Shown piece after piece: positions 40,306 through 48,843 of a stretch of 64,000 nucleotides of DNA (position 1 is its first letter; every line of letters starts with the position of its first letter). Both the position numbers and the translations under genes were made by a program. A model generated the notes under the pieces. That model was not told the DNA's origin. It saw only the letters and a program-made list of their open reading frames with translations, and did not search any database. Source of the stretch: Ignavibacteria bacterium (lineage in GTDB: Bacteria > Bacteroidota > Ignavibacteria > Kapaibacteriales > Kapaibacteriaceae); assembly GCA_947495975.1 (NCBI GenBank), contig CANMBE010000004.1, positions 78,380-142,379 of the forward strand, read 5' to 3'.

Positions 40306-41132
40306 ACTGGTTGTGAATGTGATGGATAGTCGCGCGTATGCCGCTCATCAATTGTTTTTAGTTGGTCTATGTGATTACGGTACCAGTTCACACCTGCCAA
40401 GTGTGCATTCGCACCAGCTACTTCGGGGTGATCAATCAAAAACGAAAGAATCTTTGCTGTGCTAAATCGAGGATGTATGAGGTAGAGATTATCGTAGATG
40501 GCTTTCATGAGCACGTAGTCCTCGGGATAGTCAATCGTCCAGCGATGACTCATGCTAAGGTCGAGACCGTTACTCCAAGAAACATTCGAAACCCTTACTT
40601 CAGGATTGTTATCCCACATCCAGGGAGTTGTATGCTCTCGCTCGTGTGGTTGTTCTGCCGCATGCCACGCTCGCTCTAGCACCTTCATGCTCATCACTTC
40701 AACGTCATTACCATCGGGCCATGTACCTGGATGAAGATTGCTGACGTAGTCCACCGAGTCTACGTTATCGATATACGCACCAATGACTGCATCAATAACT
40801 GAAGGATCAATGAGTGGACAGTCAGAAGGGATTTTTACAACCACATCGGCTTGATACGCAAGTGCCGCACGGTAATGCCTATCCAACAAATCTGTTGAGT
40901 GTCCCCTAAACACGTTGTATCCCGCATCAGCACATGTGTTCGCTAGAACGTCATCGCATGTTTCTTCTGTTGTAGCCACAACTATTTGTGTGGCAAGTCT
41001 TGATTGAGCTACTCTCTCAAGAAACCTCAGGATAAGGGGCTGTCCAGCCAAGGGCAGCAGCACCTTCCGTGGAAGGCGTGTAGATCCAAGTCGAGCTTGG
41101 CATACAATGATGATTCGCAAAACGGTCACGAC
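40302..41132 (-). CDS. SpsF/NeuA-type cytidylyltransferase (CMP-sugar synthetase family)
   Basis: 'IVCQARLGSTRLPRKVL' is the SpsF-type variant of the acylneuraminate cytidylyltransferase P-loop. Start set near the motif; the ATG at 41204 would add 24 aa and overlap the upstream gene by 79 nt. Confidence 0.7.
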   Translation of the reverse strand, partial: VVTVLRIIIVCQARLGSTRLPRKVLLPLAGQPLILRFLERVAQSRLATQIVVATTEETCDDVLANTCADAGYNVFRGHSTDLLDRHYRAALAYQADVVVKIPSDCPLIDPSVIDAVIGAYIDNVDSVDYVSNLHPGTWPDGNDVEVMSMKVLERAWHAAEQPHEREHTTPWMWDNNPEVRVSNVSWSNGLDLSMSHRWTIDYPEDYVLMKAIYDNLYLIHPRFSTAKILSFLIDHPEVAGANAHLAGVNWYRNHIDQLKTIDERHTRDYPSHSQPV

Positions 41133-42142
41133 ATACTTCCTGCATAAACACGTGGCAAAGTCACGGCGATTTGTAAGCCCAATGTGTCCAACACTTCTTG
41201 GCACACAGCTGCAATGTTCTCACCAGATTTGCCACTGTTTTGAACCGGGCATAGTTCCTTCAGTGTTTCGATTGGGAAATCGCTATGTACTGTTTTTCCA
41301 AGTGCAATGCCAACGTATACACACGATGAGTACTTGGTGATCAGTGTATCGCAGCTTGCGATAAGGGGCTCAATAGGCCTACCATGTAGGATAGTTGATT
41401 GCGGCGCCCAGCGCTCTATCTCGGCGATGGCTCTATCAATTTGTTCATTTGGATGAAGTTTGAATATTACTTCTTTGCCATTTGCAATCGCGAGTGCACG
41501 ATCAATCGTTGTCTTTCGACTTTCGTATTTAAATGTCTCGCGTGCATCGCTCGTGGCAACGAGAACGAAGCCTTTTCGCTCATACGGCTGGGCTGCGTAC
41601 TCCACACAGTTATCAAAGTTTGGAATTCCTGTCACAACAAGTTTGCGACTGCGTGCCCCTTTTCGTATAAAGTGTGTTTTGTATCCCTCCGAAGCAACAC
41701 ACATGCGCATATACGCGTCAGACATGCCAAATGTAGACGTCGATGCCAGGTATCGTGGCAATCCGAGATACTTCACGAGGTAATACGCCATGTTTTCAGG
41801 ATCAGTCATTCCTTCCTGAACCAACACAACGCGTCCGTGGCGGATGTTCTTGGGCACAACAAGATCACTACACGTCACCACAAGGTCATACATGTGGCGG
41901 GATCCACGAAAGTCTATCTGTTTACCGTGGAGCTCTAGGAAGCCGAGGGCACGCGATTGGTGTCCTTGTCCGGCAACCGTCCACTCTATAAGTTTCTTTC
42001 GCTCAAGGATGCCAATAAACCCATCAGTGTAGTGTGGTGTAAACCAGCAATCATGATGCGCCAAGTGTTGGGATATCTTCTCCATCATAGTGGTTTGGTT
42101 CATGGAACCACAAATGAAGAGGATTCTACGGCGTGTTCTCAT
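41126..42142 (-). CDS. Hypothetical protein, first gene of the sugar operon; possible glycosyltransferase-fold (PseG/SpsG-like?) enzyme
   Basis: 338 aa, no signal peptide, alternating alpha/beta character ('ILFICGSMNQ...', 'RKLVVTGIPNFD'). The assignment rests on size and operon context only. Confidence 0.35.
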   Translation of the reverse strand: MRTRRRILFICGSMNQTTMMEKISQHLAHHDCWFTPHYTDGFIGILERKKLIEWTVAGQGHQSRALGFLELHGKQIDFRGSRHMYDLVVTCSDLVVPKNIRHGRVVLVQEGMTDPENMAYYLVKYLGLPRYLASTSTFGMSDAYMRMCVASEGYKTHFIRKGARSRKLVVTGIPNFDNCVEYAAQPYERKGFVLVATSDARETFKYESRKTTIDRALAIANGKEVIFKLHPNEQIDRAIAEIERWAPQSTILHGRPIEPLIASCDTLITKYSSCVYVGIALGKTVHSDFPIETLKELCPVQNSGKSGENIAAVCQEVLDTLGLQIAVTLPRVYAGSMS

Positions 42143-42327
42143 GCGCTATTACTACCTATACGTGGTTCGGCGAAACATTCAACTCGCGAACTTCACCGTA
42201 TAACATCACGCATATGTAACGCCAACATCAACGAATTGTAGCACGTAAAGCCCCAATAATGAAAGGGGCGTAGCGCATTATCCACAAGCACACTTTAGGG
42301 TGGCCACCAAAACACGTAACAATTTGG

Positions 42328-43353
42328 TTACGGTTGCTGCCACGCAGGGTTTGTTAGGACACTCGAATCAGTAAGTGCCTTCATAAAGGCAACGAGCGAA
42401 GCCTTCTCTGGATCGGTTAACCCAAGCTTCTTTACACGAGGGTCTTTGTTGGGGAACGGAGTGCCCCCATCATTATAATGATCCACAACTTGTTCAAGCG
42501 TTGTAAGGAGCCCCTTCTCACTGTCTCCTGTTGCCATATACGGAGGACTAAGGGCCACATTTCGCAGCGTTGGTGTTTTGAATTTTCCTTCGTCTAGAGG
42601 ATCCTTTGTCACATTATACCTACCACGATCAAAATAGTGGTGGAACAACCCCACATTATGGAAGAGGTCGTCTGTGAGGTCAGGCCCACTATGACAAGAG
42701 CTGCACAGTGCCTTGCTGCTGAAGAACAACTGCATGCCTTTACGCTCTAGCGCCGATAAGGCATTGAGATGTCCTTGCAAGAAACGATCGTATCTACTGT
42801 TAGCACTTACAATTGTCCGCTCAAACGTGGCAACGGCTTGCATTACGCGTGGCATCGAAACTGAAGTGTCCCCGAAAGCAGCGAGCCATTTTGCGCGATA
42901 CACATCAGAGCGCAGCAACACAGCAACTGCGAACGTGTCAGCCTGCATCTCTGCCGAATTCAAGAATGCTCCCATCGCCTGCTCTTCAAGTGTAGAAGCT
43001 CTGCCATCCCAGAACATCATCTTTCGATACCCTACGTTCACAATCATTGGTGCGTTGCGCAGGCCTCTCGCTCCTTGCACACCCTGGCTTACTTGATTGG
43101 GCGCATCAGAAAATGATTGCGCAGCAACGTGGCAGGAAGCGCACGCAATTGTACCTTCATTTGAAAGTCGCTTGTCGTAAAAGAGATGACGCCCTAGATC
43201 AACCTTTTCACGCGTGATCACATTATTGGCTGGGTACACCATAGCCGGGAGATGTGCCGGCACCGACGGAAATTGTTCTTCCAACGGCTGCACGGGATCA
43301 CTGGCGCAGCCAGCGATCAAAACAAAAACGGCAACAATTGGTATGTATCTCAC
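42328..43353 (-). CDS. Di-haem cytochrome c peroxidase (CCP/MauG family), lipoprotein
   Basis: Two CxxCH sites ('CASCHVAAQ', 'CSSCHSGPD'), 'FHN' and 'MAT' ligand regions, and an 'LIAGC' lipobox. Confidence 0.85.
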   Translation of the reverse strand: MRYIPIVAVFVLIAGCASDPVQPLEEQFPSVPAHLPAMVYPANNVITREKVDLGRHLFYDKRLSNEGTIACASCHVAAQSFSDAPNQVSQGVQGARGLRNAPMIVNVGYRKMMFWDGRASTLEEQAMGAFLNSAEMQADTFAVAVLLRSDVYRAKWLAAFGDTSVSMPRVMQAVATFERTIVSANSRYDRFLQGHLNALSALERKGMQLFFSSKALCSSCHSGPDLTDDLFHNVGLFHHYFDRGRYNVTKDPLDEGKFKTPTLRNVALSPPYMATGDSEKGLLTTLEQVVDHYNDGGTPFPNKDPRVKKLGLTDPEKASLVAFMKALTDSSVLTNPAWQQP

Positions 43354-44198
43354 AGCTGAGCAAGATCCTCGAGTTTCGAAATGAATTCTTGAGCTTCGCG
43401 ACCTTTTAAGCCTGCTGCTTCAAGAATAGAATCTTCGGGCGTACCTGAAATTAACATCGAGCGTATGGCCAGGAGTTCCTTACGAGAGAACCTCTGCGCA
43501 TGCAGCATGTAGTCTTCAAAGGCTTCATATGCCATCGGGACAGCAGCACGCACTATCTCTGCCATTGCCTGACCGTATACGCGAATCTCATATTGTGCGT
43601 GCGCGTCAATGCGCAAGCGCAAAAAATGGAAGAGATTGTGCAGGTTAACCTTCCAATACCATTCAGTGTAATTGGAAACAGGCAGATTGATGCGAGCAAT
43701 TTCACGAGCCAAGTTGGTACCAAGCAAATCCTGGTATTCCGCATAGAGCGTATCCTGCGTATCAGACATAAGTGTACGAATGCGTTCTGCCTCTTCAGGA
43801 GCGAACAAATCATCTGACCTGCCCTGCTTATTCGTAACGCTTTGCGCGCGCACCTGGTCGGGTGCTGGCACGTAGAACTCGTCCTTCATTTCCGAGTATC
43901 TGCCAGAATATTCATTCACGTTTGCCGTGCGGTGACGGATCCACTGGCGCGCAACAAAGATTGGGAGCTTAACATGGAACTTAAACTCCACCATCTCAAA
44001 TGGTGTGGTGTGGATATGGCGCATGAGATAACGTATGAGTCCACGATCTTCGAGCACCTTCTTTGTGCCCGCTCCATATGAAACCCGGGCTGCCTGCACA
44101 ATGGCAGAGTCGTCCCCCATTACGTCAATGAGACGCACGAATCCTTTATCGAGGCAAGGAAACTCCTTGCCGAGCAATGCTTGTACCTGTTCTGTCAT
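43350..44198 (-). CDS. thyX: Flavin-dependent thymidylate synthase
   Basis: 'RQWIRHRTANVNEYSGRY' ThyX RHR...S..Y signature. Start taken at the internal M 'MTEQVQALL'; the track ORF extends 63 aa further upstream. Confidence 0.8.
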   Translation of the reverse strand: MTEQVQALLGKEFPCLDKGFVRLIDVMGDDSAIVQAARVSYGAGTKKVLEDRGLIRYLMRHIHTTPFEMVEFKFHVKLPIFVARQWIRHRTANVNEYSGRYSEMKDEFYVPAPDQVRAQSVTNKQGRSDDLFAPEEAERIRTLMSDTQDTLYAEYQDLLGTNLAREIARINLPVSNYTEWYWKVNLHNLFHFLRLRIDAHAQYEIRVYGQAMAEIVRAAVPMAYEAFEDYMLHAQRFSRKELLAIRSMLISGTPEDSILEAAGLKGREAQEFISKLEDLAQL

Positions 44199-44589
44199 AG
44201 GCACAAAGATAGAGTCCCGTGTCCGTAGATTGACGTCAGAAATCAACAGATCAATTCTAGAGGGCACAAATGGGCGGTTTTCGGCTGCTGTGTGGTGCTT
44301 TTTTGATGCTGTGTAGCTCAGTCTTTGTGCCTCAGATGTTGGCAGGGGGCGATGGGCCACGCACATTTGAGACTTTTCGTGACACACCCTTAGCCGCCGA
44401 GATCGATAGTTCCACGGTTAGACAGGTTAGTAGCCTTGTGTTCGAAGACGGCCTCATAACAATCAGTCTCGATAGCGGCAGGAAGGACAACGTACGGATG
44501 AGCGTAGAAATCGTCTTCAAATTGGCACCTCGCGATACGTAAGATTTTTACGGAACGTGCATATTCGGAAGCATACAAAACACACTATG

Positions 44590-45045
44590 CGTATCATTCT
44601 ACAACGCGTTTCTTCTGCACATGTTGATGTATGTGGCGTTACGGTAGGCCAGATCGGCAGCGGTTTACTTGCCCTCGTTGGAATCACCCATACAGACACA
44701 TCAGTACAAACTGCATGGATGTCCGAGAAACTTTTGTCGATCCGTCTCTTCCCCGATACAGAAGGCAAGATGAACCTCTCACTCAACGATATTGGAGGGG
44801 GCTTACTAATCGTATCACAGTTTACCTTGTACGCAGACACATCCAAGGGCACTCGCCCGTCATTCATTGACGCCGCGAAACCCGAACATGCAGAGCCCCT
44901 TTTCCAAGAGCTCGTGCAGATGGTTCAAGAACGCGCTGCAACCTCATCGTCATCCATCAACATTGCAAAAGGCGTCTTTGGAGCAATGATGGATGTGCAT
45001 CTCATAAATGATGGGCCGGTGACGATCATACTAGAGACTCGTTGA
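44590..45045 (+). CDS. dtd: D-aminoacyl-tRNA deacylase
   Basis: 'MRIILQRVSSAHV' and 'SQFTLYAD' Dtd signatures. Start at the internal M. Confidence 0.85.
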   Translation, partial: RIILQRVSSAHVDVCGVTVGQIGSGLLALVGITHTDTSVQTAWMSEKLLSIRLFPDTEGKMNLSLNDIGGGLLIVSQFTLYADTSKGTRPSFIDAAKPEHAEPLFQELVQMVQERAATSSSSINIAKGVFGAMMDVHLINDGPVTIILETR

Positions 45046-45060
45046 GCGAAGTTCAGACTA

Positions 45061-46686
45061 CTACAGCGTTACAGTACTCTCGTTGACCGATTCAAGAGCG
45101 CGACTCATTGCTGCGAGTGCTTGTGTTGCAAGTGCACCGTCAATAACGCGGTGATCGTAGGTGATGGATAGATAAACCATACTACGAATAACGATAACGT
45201 CTTCACCATCGAGTTCGCGAACAACTGGACGTTTTTGGATAGCACCAATGCCAATGATAGCTGTCTGTGGTTGATTGATTACAGGCGTTCCAAACAGCGA
45301 GCCAAATGACCCAACGTTTGTAACAGTAATTGTGCCGCCAGAGATATCATCTGGCGTAAGCTTCTTTGAACGTGCGCGCAGTGCAAGGTCATTCATCACA
45401 CGTCCAACACCAGTGATGTTGAGTGTGTCTGCATTCTTGATCACTGGCACTATCAGATTGCCATCTGGCAACGCCGTTGCCATTCCAAGATGAACACGCT
45501 TGTGTTGAATGATGTTCTTTCCATCAACACTTACATTGATTCGTGGGTATGCCTTTACACCCTCACATACAGCCCAACCAAAGAATGGGTTGTATGTAAG
45601 CTTAAAGCCTTCACGCTTTTGAAAACTATCTTTATACTTTTCTCGGAGCTTCACAATTCCGGTAACGTCAACTTCTGCTACACTCGTTACATGTGCAGAT
45701 GTTTGCTTTGAACGCGTCATGTGCTCAGAGATGAGCTGACGCATGCGATCCATCGGAATGATCTCAGATTCGCCACCAGCCATCGGAGCATTTAAAACAA
45801 GCGCTAGAGCCGTAGCCGCTGGAGCAGGTGCAATTGCAAGCGCTGCCACATGCCCATTCCCACGCTTGGCTAAAAATGCCTGAACATCAGTTTTTGTCAC
45901 ACGCCCTTCAAGACCAGTTCCTGTGATCGCATCTAGTTCACCAACGCTGATATTCTCGGATGCAGAGATACTTCGTACAAGGGGCGAATAGAATCTCCCA
46001 CCCGATTGACGAGGCACTGCTCCATGCACAGTGGCTTGCAAAGGCGCTTGCGCAGGTGCTGAAACGGGTGCTGAAACGGGTGCTGAAACGGGTGCTGAAA
46101 CAGTACCTGAAACAGCTATGCGCGCAACCACTTTCCCAACTTCAACCACATCACCCTCATTTGCGAGTACTGCAGACAATACTCCTGCAGTTGGCGATGG
46201 CACCTCGGTGTCGACTTTGTCAGTAGAGATTTCAAGGAGCACTTCGTCTCGCTCAACCTTGTCTCCTAATTTCTTAACCCAACGAAGTACCGTGCCCTCT
46301 TGAATTGATTCACCCATCTTTGGCATTACTACTTCAACGTCGCCCGCTCCAGTCAATGGCGCTGGCGCATTCGCTAGCGCAGTCGCTGGCACTGGCACTG
46401 GCACTGGCGCAGTCGCTGGCACTGGCGCAGTCGCTGGCACTGAAACCGATTCTCCGTTAAGAACCACAATCACCTTTCCAACTTCAACTACATCGCCTTC
46501 GGCGAAGAGAATCTGCGAGATTACGCCGGCCGATGGAGACGGAACTTCCGTGTCCACTTTATCCGTAGAGATCTCAACGATTACTTCATCTCGTTCAACC
46601 TTGTCTCCAACTTTTTTGACCCATCGAAGAATCGTTCCTTCTTGGATTGATTCTCCCATCTTTGGCATCACTACTTCAACGCTCAT
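45061..46686 (-). CDS. 2-oxo-acid dehydrogenase E2 (dihydrolipoamide acyltransferase) with two lipoyl domains, likely the pyruvate dehydrogenase E2
   Basis: Two 'EISTDKVDTEVPSP' lipoyl-lysine domains, a peripheral subunit-binding domain 'SPLVRSISASE', and the catalytic 'DHRVIDGA'. Confidence 0.88.
   Translation of the reverse strand: MSVEVVMPKMGESIQEGTILRWVKKVGDKVERDEVIVEISTDKVDTEVPSPSAGVISQILFAEGDVVEVGKVIVVLNGESVSVPATAPVPATAPVPVPVPATALANAPAPLTGAGDVEVVMPKMGESIQEGTVLRWVKKLGDKVERDEVLLEISTDKVDTEVPSPTAGVLSAVLANEGDVVEVGKVVARIAVSGTVSAPVSAPVSAPVSAPAQAPLQATVHGAVPRQSGGRFYSPLVRSISASENISVGELDAITGTGLEGRVTKTDVQAFLAKRGNGHVAALAIAPAPAATALALVLNAPMAGGESEIIPMDRMRQLISEHMTRSKQTSAHVTSVAEVDVTGIVKLREKYKDSFQKREGFKLTYNPFFGWAVCEGVKAYPRINVSVDGKNIIQHKRVHLGMATALPDGNLIVPVIKNADTLNITGVGRVMNDLALRARSKKLTPDDISGGTITVTNVGSFGSLFGTPVINQPQTAIIGIGAIQKRPVVRELDGEDVIVIRSMVYLSITYDHRVIDGALATQALAAMSRALESVNESTVTL
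46056..46115. repeat. 12-nt tandem repeat (5 copies) encoding the (PAPV/SAPV)n inter-domain linker of E2
   Basis: 'GGTGCTGAAACG' x3, then GGTGCTGAAACA and GTACCTGAAACA. Confidence 0.7.
46372..46442. repeat. 6/18-nt tandem repeats (CACTGG / GCGCAGTCGCTGGCACTG) encoding the first E2 linker
   Basis: '...GCAGTCGCTGGCACTGGCACTGGCACTGGCGCAGTCGCTGGCACTGGCGCAGTCGCTGGCAC'. Confidence 0.7.
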
Positions 46687-46732
46687 TGCGGTCTTTCTTG
46701 CTTAATTATGTTCGTCTTGTAAGACATGCAAC

Positions 46733-47614
46733 TTAACCATTTCGGATGATGTCTCGAAGTGCCTCTTCGAGCTGCGGATGCTTGAATTTGAACGTTGTGC
46801 CAGAAAGCCGCGCAGGAACAACGTATTGGCCATGAGCTACAATGTCGGCCTGACGACCTAAAATCAGTCGCAAGATTGGAGTAGGTACCGGAAGCCATGA
46901 AGGCCGGTGTAGGACGCTACCCAACGTTTTCGACATTTGGCGCATTGTTACTGCCTCTGGTGCAACAACATTATATGGGCCCGATGCTTCTGCGTTCAGT
47001 GCTGCCCAGACATATGCACCAATCACATCCTCAATGTGTATCCATGGGAACCACTGATTTCCTTTTCCAAGTGGACCTCCAAGACCAAGCTTCATAGGTA
47101 AAATGAGGCGAGGTAGAGCTCCTTCTTTAGAATCGAGGACAACTCCCACACGCAAACAAACAACACGTGTTACGCTAGAGGCAAGCATGGCTTCGCGCTC
47201 CCAGTCTTTCACCACGAGAGCTAAGAAAGTTTGTCCGGCTCCCATAGCTTCATTACTAGGAACCATTGTGTTTCCATAATACCCAACCGCAGAAGTGTTG
47301 ATGAGCACGGGTGGGTGTTTTGCTGCTTGAATGGCACGTACAATCTTTCGTGTACTCTCAAGCCTACTGTGCAGAACATCATGTCGTACTTGCGCGCTCC
47401 ACCGCTCCTTACCAACGTGTGTACCCGCAAGGTTAATCACGGCATGTGCGCCGTCTACAAGTGCTGGCAAGGCTTCCCACGGTTGCGTGCTACCATCAGT
47501 GCCAGCCGTAGCCGACCGAGAGATGGTAACAACTGTAAAGCCCCGTTTGCGAAGGGCAATCGCAATGTGGCGGCCAAGGAAGCCAGAACCACCAGCGATG
47601 ATGATATTGCTCAT
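46733..47614 (-). CDS. TIGR01777/YfcH-family NAD-dependent epimerase-like protein (SDR39U1, with DUF1731)
   Basis: 'IIIAGGSGFLGRH' Rossmann N-terminus, and a C-terminal DUF1731-like segment. Confidence 0.75.
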   Translation of the reverse strand: MSNIIIAGGSGFLGRHIAIALRKRGFTVVTISRSATAGTDGSTQPWEALPALVDGAHAVINLAGTHVGKERWSAQVRHDVLHSRLESTRKIVRAIQAAKHPPVLINTSAVGYYGNTMVPSNEAMGAGQTFLALVVKDWEREAMLASSVTRVVCLRVGVVLDSKEGALPRLILPMKLGLGGPLGKGNQWFPWIHIEDVIGAYVWAALNAEASGPYNVVAPEAVTMRQMSKTLGSVLHRPSWLPVPTPILRLILGRQADIVAHGQYVVPARLSGTTFKFKHPQLEEALRDIIRNG

Positions 47615-47627
47615 AGGATTCATCCCG

Positions 47628-47665
47628 AACAAACAAAAAAGCCCGGACGAAAAGTTCGCACGGGC
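47628..47665 (-). terminator. Probable rho-independent terminator after rplI
   Basis: Hairpin 'GCCCGGACGAA-AAG-TTCGCACGGGC' followed on the minus strand by 'TTTTTTGTTTGTT'. Confidence 0.45.
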
Positions 47666-47697
47666 TTCATACTTTTTACTGTAACTGCCTAGCCGAA

Positions 47698-48144
47698 TTA
47701 GTCTTGACCAATCACCCAGACTTTAAGGGGTGCAATCACATCTGCGAGAAGCTTTACCTTCACATCAAAGATGCCAAGCGTTTTGATTGGCTCATCAATG
47801 GTAATATTCCTGCGGTCAACCTTAAAGCCCCGTAGCTCTAGTTCTTGCGCAATCATCGGTGCAGTTACGGTTCCGAAGAGCCTGCCTTCTTCGCCAACCT
47901 GCATCGAGATGGTAATTTGTAGCTCTGCTAATTGCGACGCCACAACCTCGGCTTGCGAACGAGCCTTTGCCATGCGGCCTTCATATTGCTTCTTCTCAGT
48001 TTCGAGAGAGCGAATAGCGCCTGGTGATGCAATGTAGGCGAGTTGGTTTGGGATCAGATAGTTGCGCCCGTATCCGGCCTTCACAGCAATGATATCGCCA
48101 ATGCTGCCCAGTTTCTCAACGTCTTGTCGAAGGATGATTTTCAT
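47698..48144 (-). CDS. rplI: 50S ribosomal protein L9
   Basis: 'MKIILRQDVEKLGSIGDIIAVKAGYGRNYLIPNQLA', the canonical L9 N-terminus. Confidence 0.9.
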   Translation of the reverse strand: MKIILRQDVEKLGSIGDIIAVKAGYGRNYLIPNQLAYIASPGAIRSLETEKKQYEGRMAKARSQAEVVASQLAELQITISMQVGEEGRLFGTVTAPMIAQELELRGFKVDRRNITIDEPIKTLGIFDVKVKLLADVIAPLKVWVIGQD

Positions 48145-48168
48145 GATCGTAGCCAGGTTCGGTGTGGA

Positions 48169-48558
48169 TTAAAGGAGCGGCATGCCCGTGCGGGCGGCTT
48201 CAGCCATTGCAATAGCACGTATGGCTTGAGCTTCGGCACGCGTCTTGCGAAACTCGCGAAGCTTTGGATCGAGCTGTAGCGAAAGGCAACGAAGTACGCC
48301 TTCTTCGAGCAAGAAAAACTTCTCGAGGAGCGGCAATGACTCTGCAGGGGCTTCAAATGCCGTGTACACGTAAAATCCGTTGTACTTCTTCTTGATTGGA
48401 TAGGCCAGACGACGGCGGCCCATCTTGTTCAATTCGACCAATTGAGCGCCATTCTCTTCGAGAAAGTCGTTAACGCGCTTAATGATCACTTCAATATCTG
48501 GATCTTCTAAAGCTGCGTTCAGAATATATGTTGTTTCGTACAGGCGACGAACACTCAT
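48169..48558 (-). CDS. rpsF: 30S ribosomal protein S6
   Basis: 'YETTYILNAALEDPDIE...GRRRLAYPIKKKYNGFYVYTAFEAP' S6 signature. Confidence 0.85.
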   Translation of the reverse strand: MSVRRLYETTYILNAALEDPDIEVIIKRVNDFLEENGAQLVELNKMGRRRLAYPIKKKYNGFYVYTAFEAPAESLPLLEKFFLLEEGVLRCLSLQLDPKLREFRKTRAEAQAIRAIAMAEAARTGMPLL

Positions 48559-48843
48559 GTGGATCTCCTATGGATGCGTAGGGCAGCCGGTGGCGTCCGA
48601 ACCAACGGCAGGATGGGAAGAAACTCTTGTCAGAGCCGACAAACATACGGCGCCAAATCGGCTTTCCCAAACCTTTCCATAGCGAGCCCCCAATGAGACG
48701 CTACCACGTCACATGAGGCAAAGGCTCTCTTCAGGGCTTGCACAGGCAGATTTTCCCGTATCTTCGCAGTCCCACAACGGAGGTTCCGTTTCTGGGTCGC
48801 GATCACCTTCTGGGTGAGTTTTTCTAAGTCACACGTTCCCGCT

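Noticed and set aside
41126-42142. Confident assignment of the first operon gene as PseG/SpsG-type nucleotide-sugar hydrolase
   Set aside because: Size and context fit, but the diagnostic PseG N-terminal G-x-G-H motif is not visible. It is kept only as a low-confidence hypothetical with GT-B-like character.
42290-42310. Perfect 10-bp palindrome GGTGGCCACC in the gap between the CCP gene and the sugar operon
   Set aside because: A palindrome with no loop cannot form a terminator hairpin. It might be a protein-binding site, but a single short palindrome is not enough evidence to call a regulatory element.
44270-44542. 90-aa plus-strand ORF with a signal-peptide-like N-terminus in the thyX-dtd intergenic region
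   Set aside because: It uses several rare codons (AGA, AGG, ATA, TTA) unlike neighbouring genes, has no motif, and sits in a divergent promoter region. It is most likely non-coding.
48141-48356. 71-aa minus-strand ORF between rpsF and rplI, considered as a candidate S18
   Set aside because: The sequence (Ser/Arg/Cys-rich) has no S18 motifs and overlaps the S6 C-terminus out of frame. The third frame is closed by a stop. No rpsR is present.
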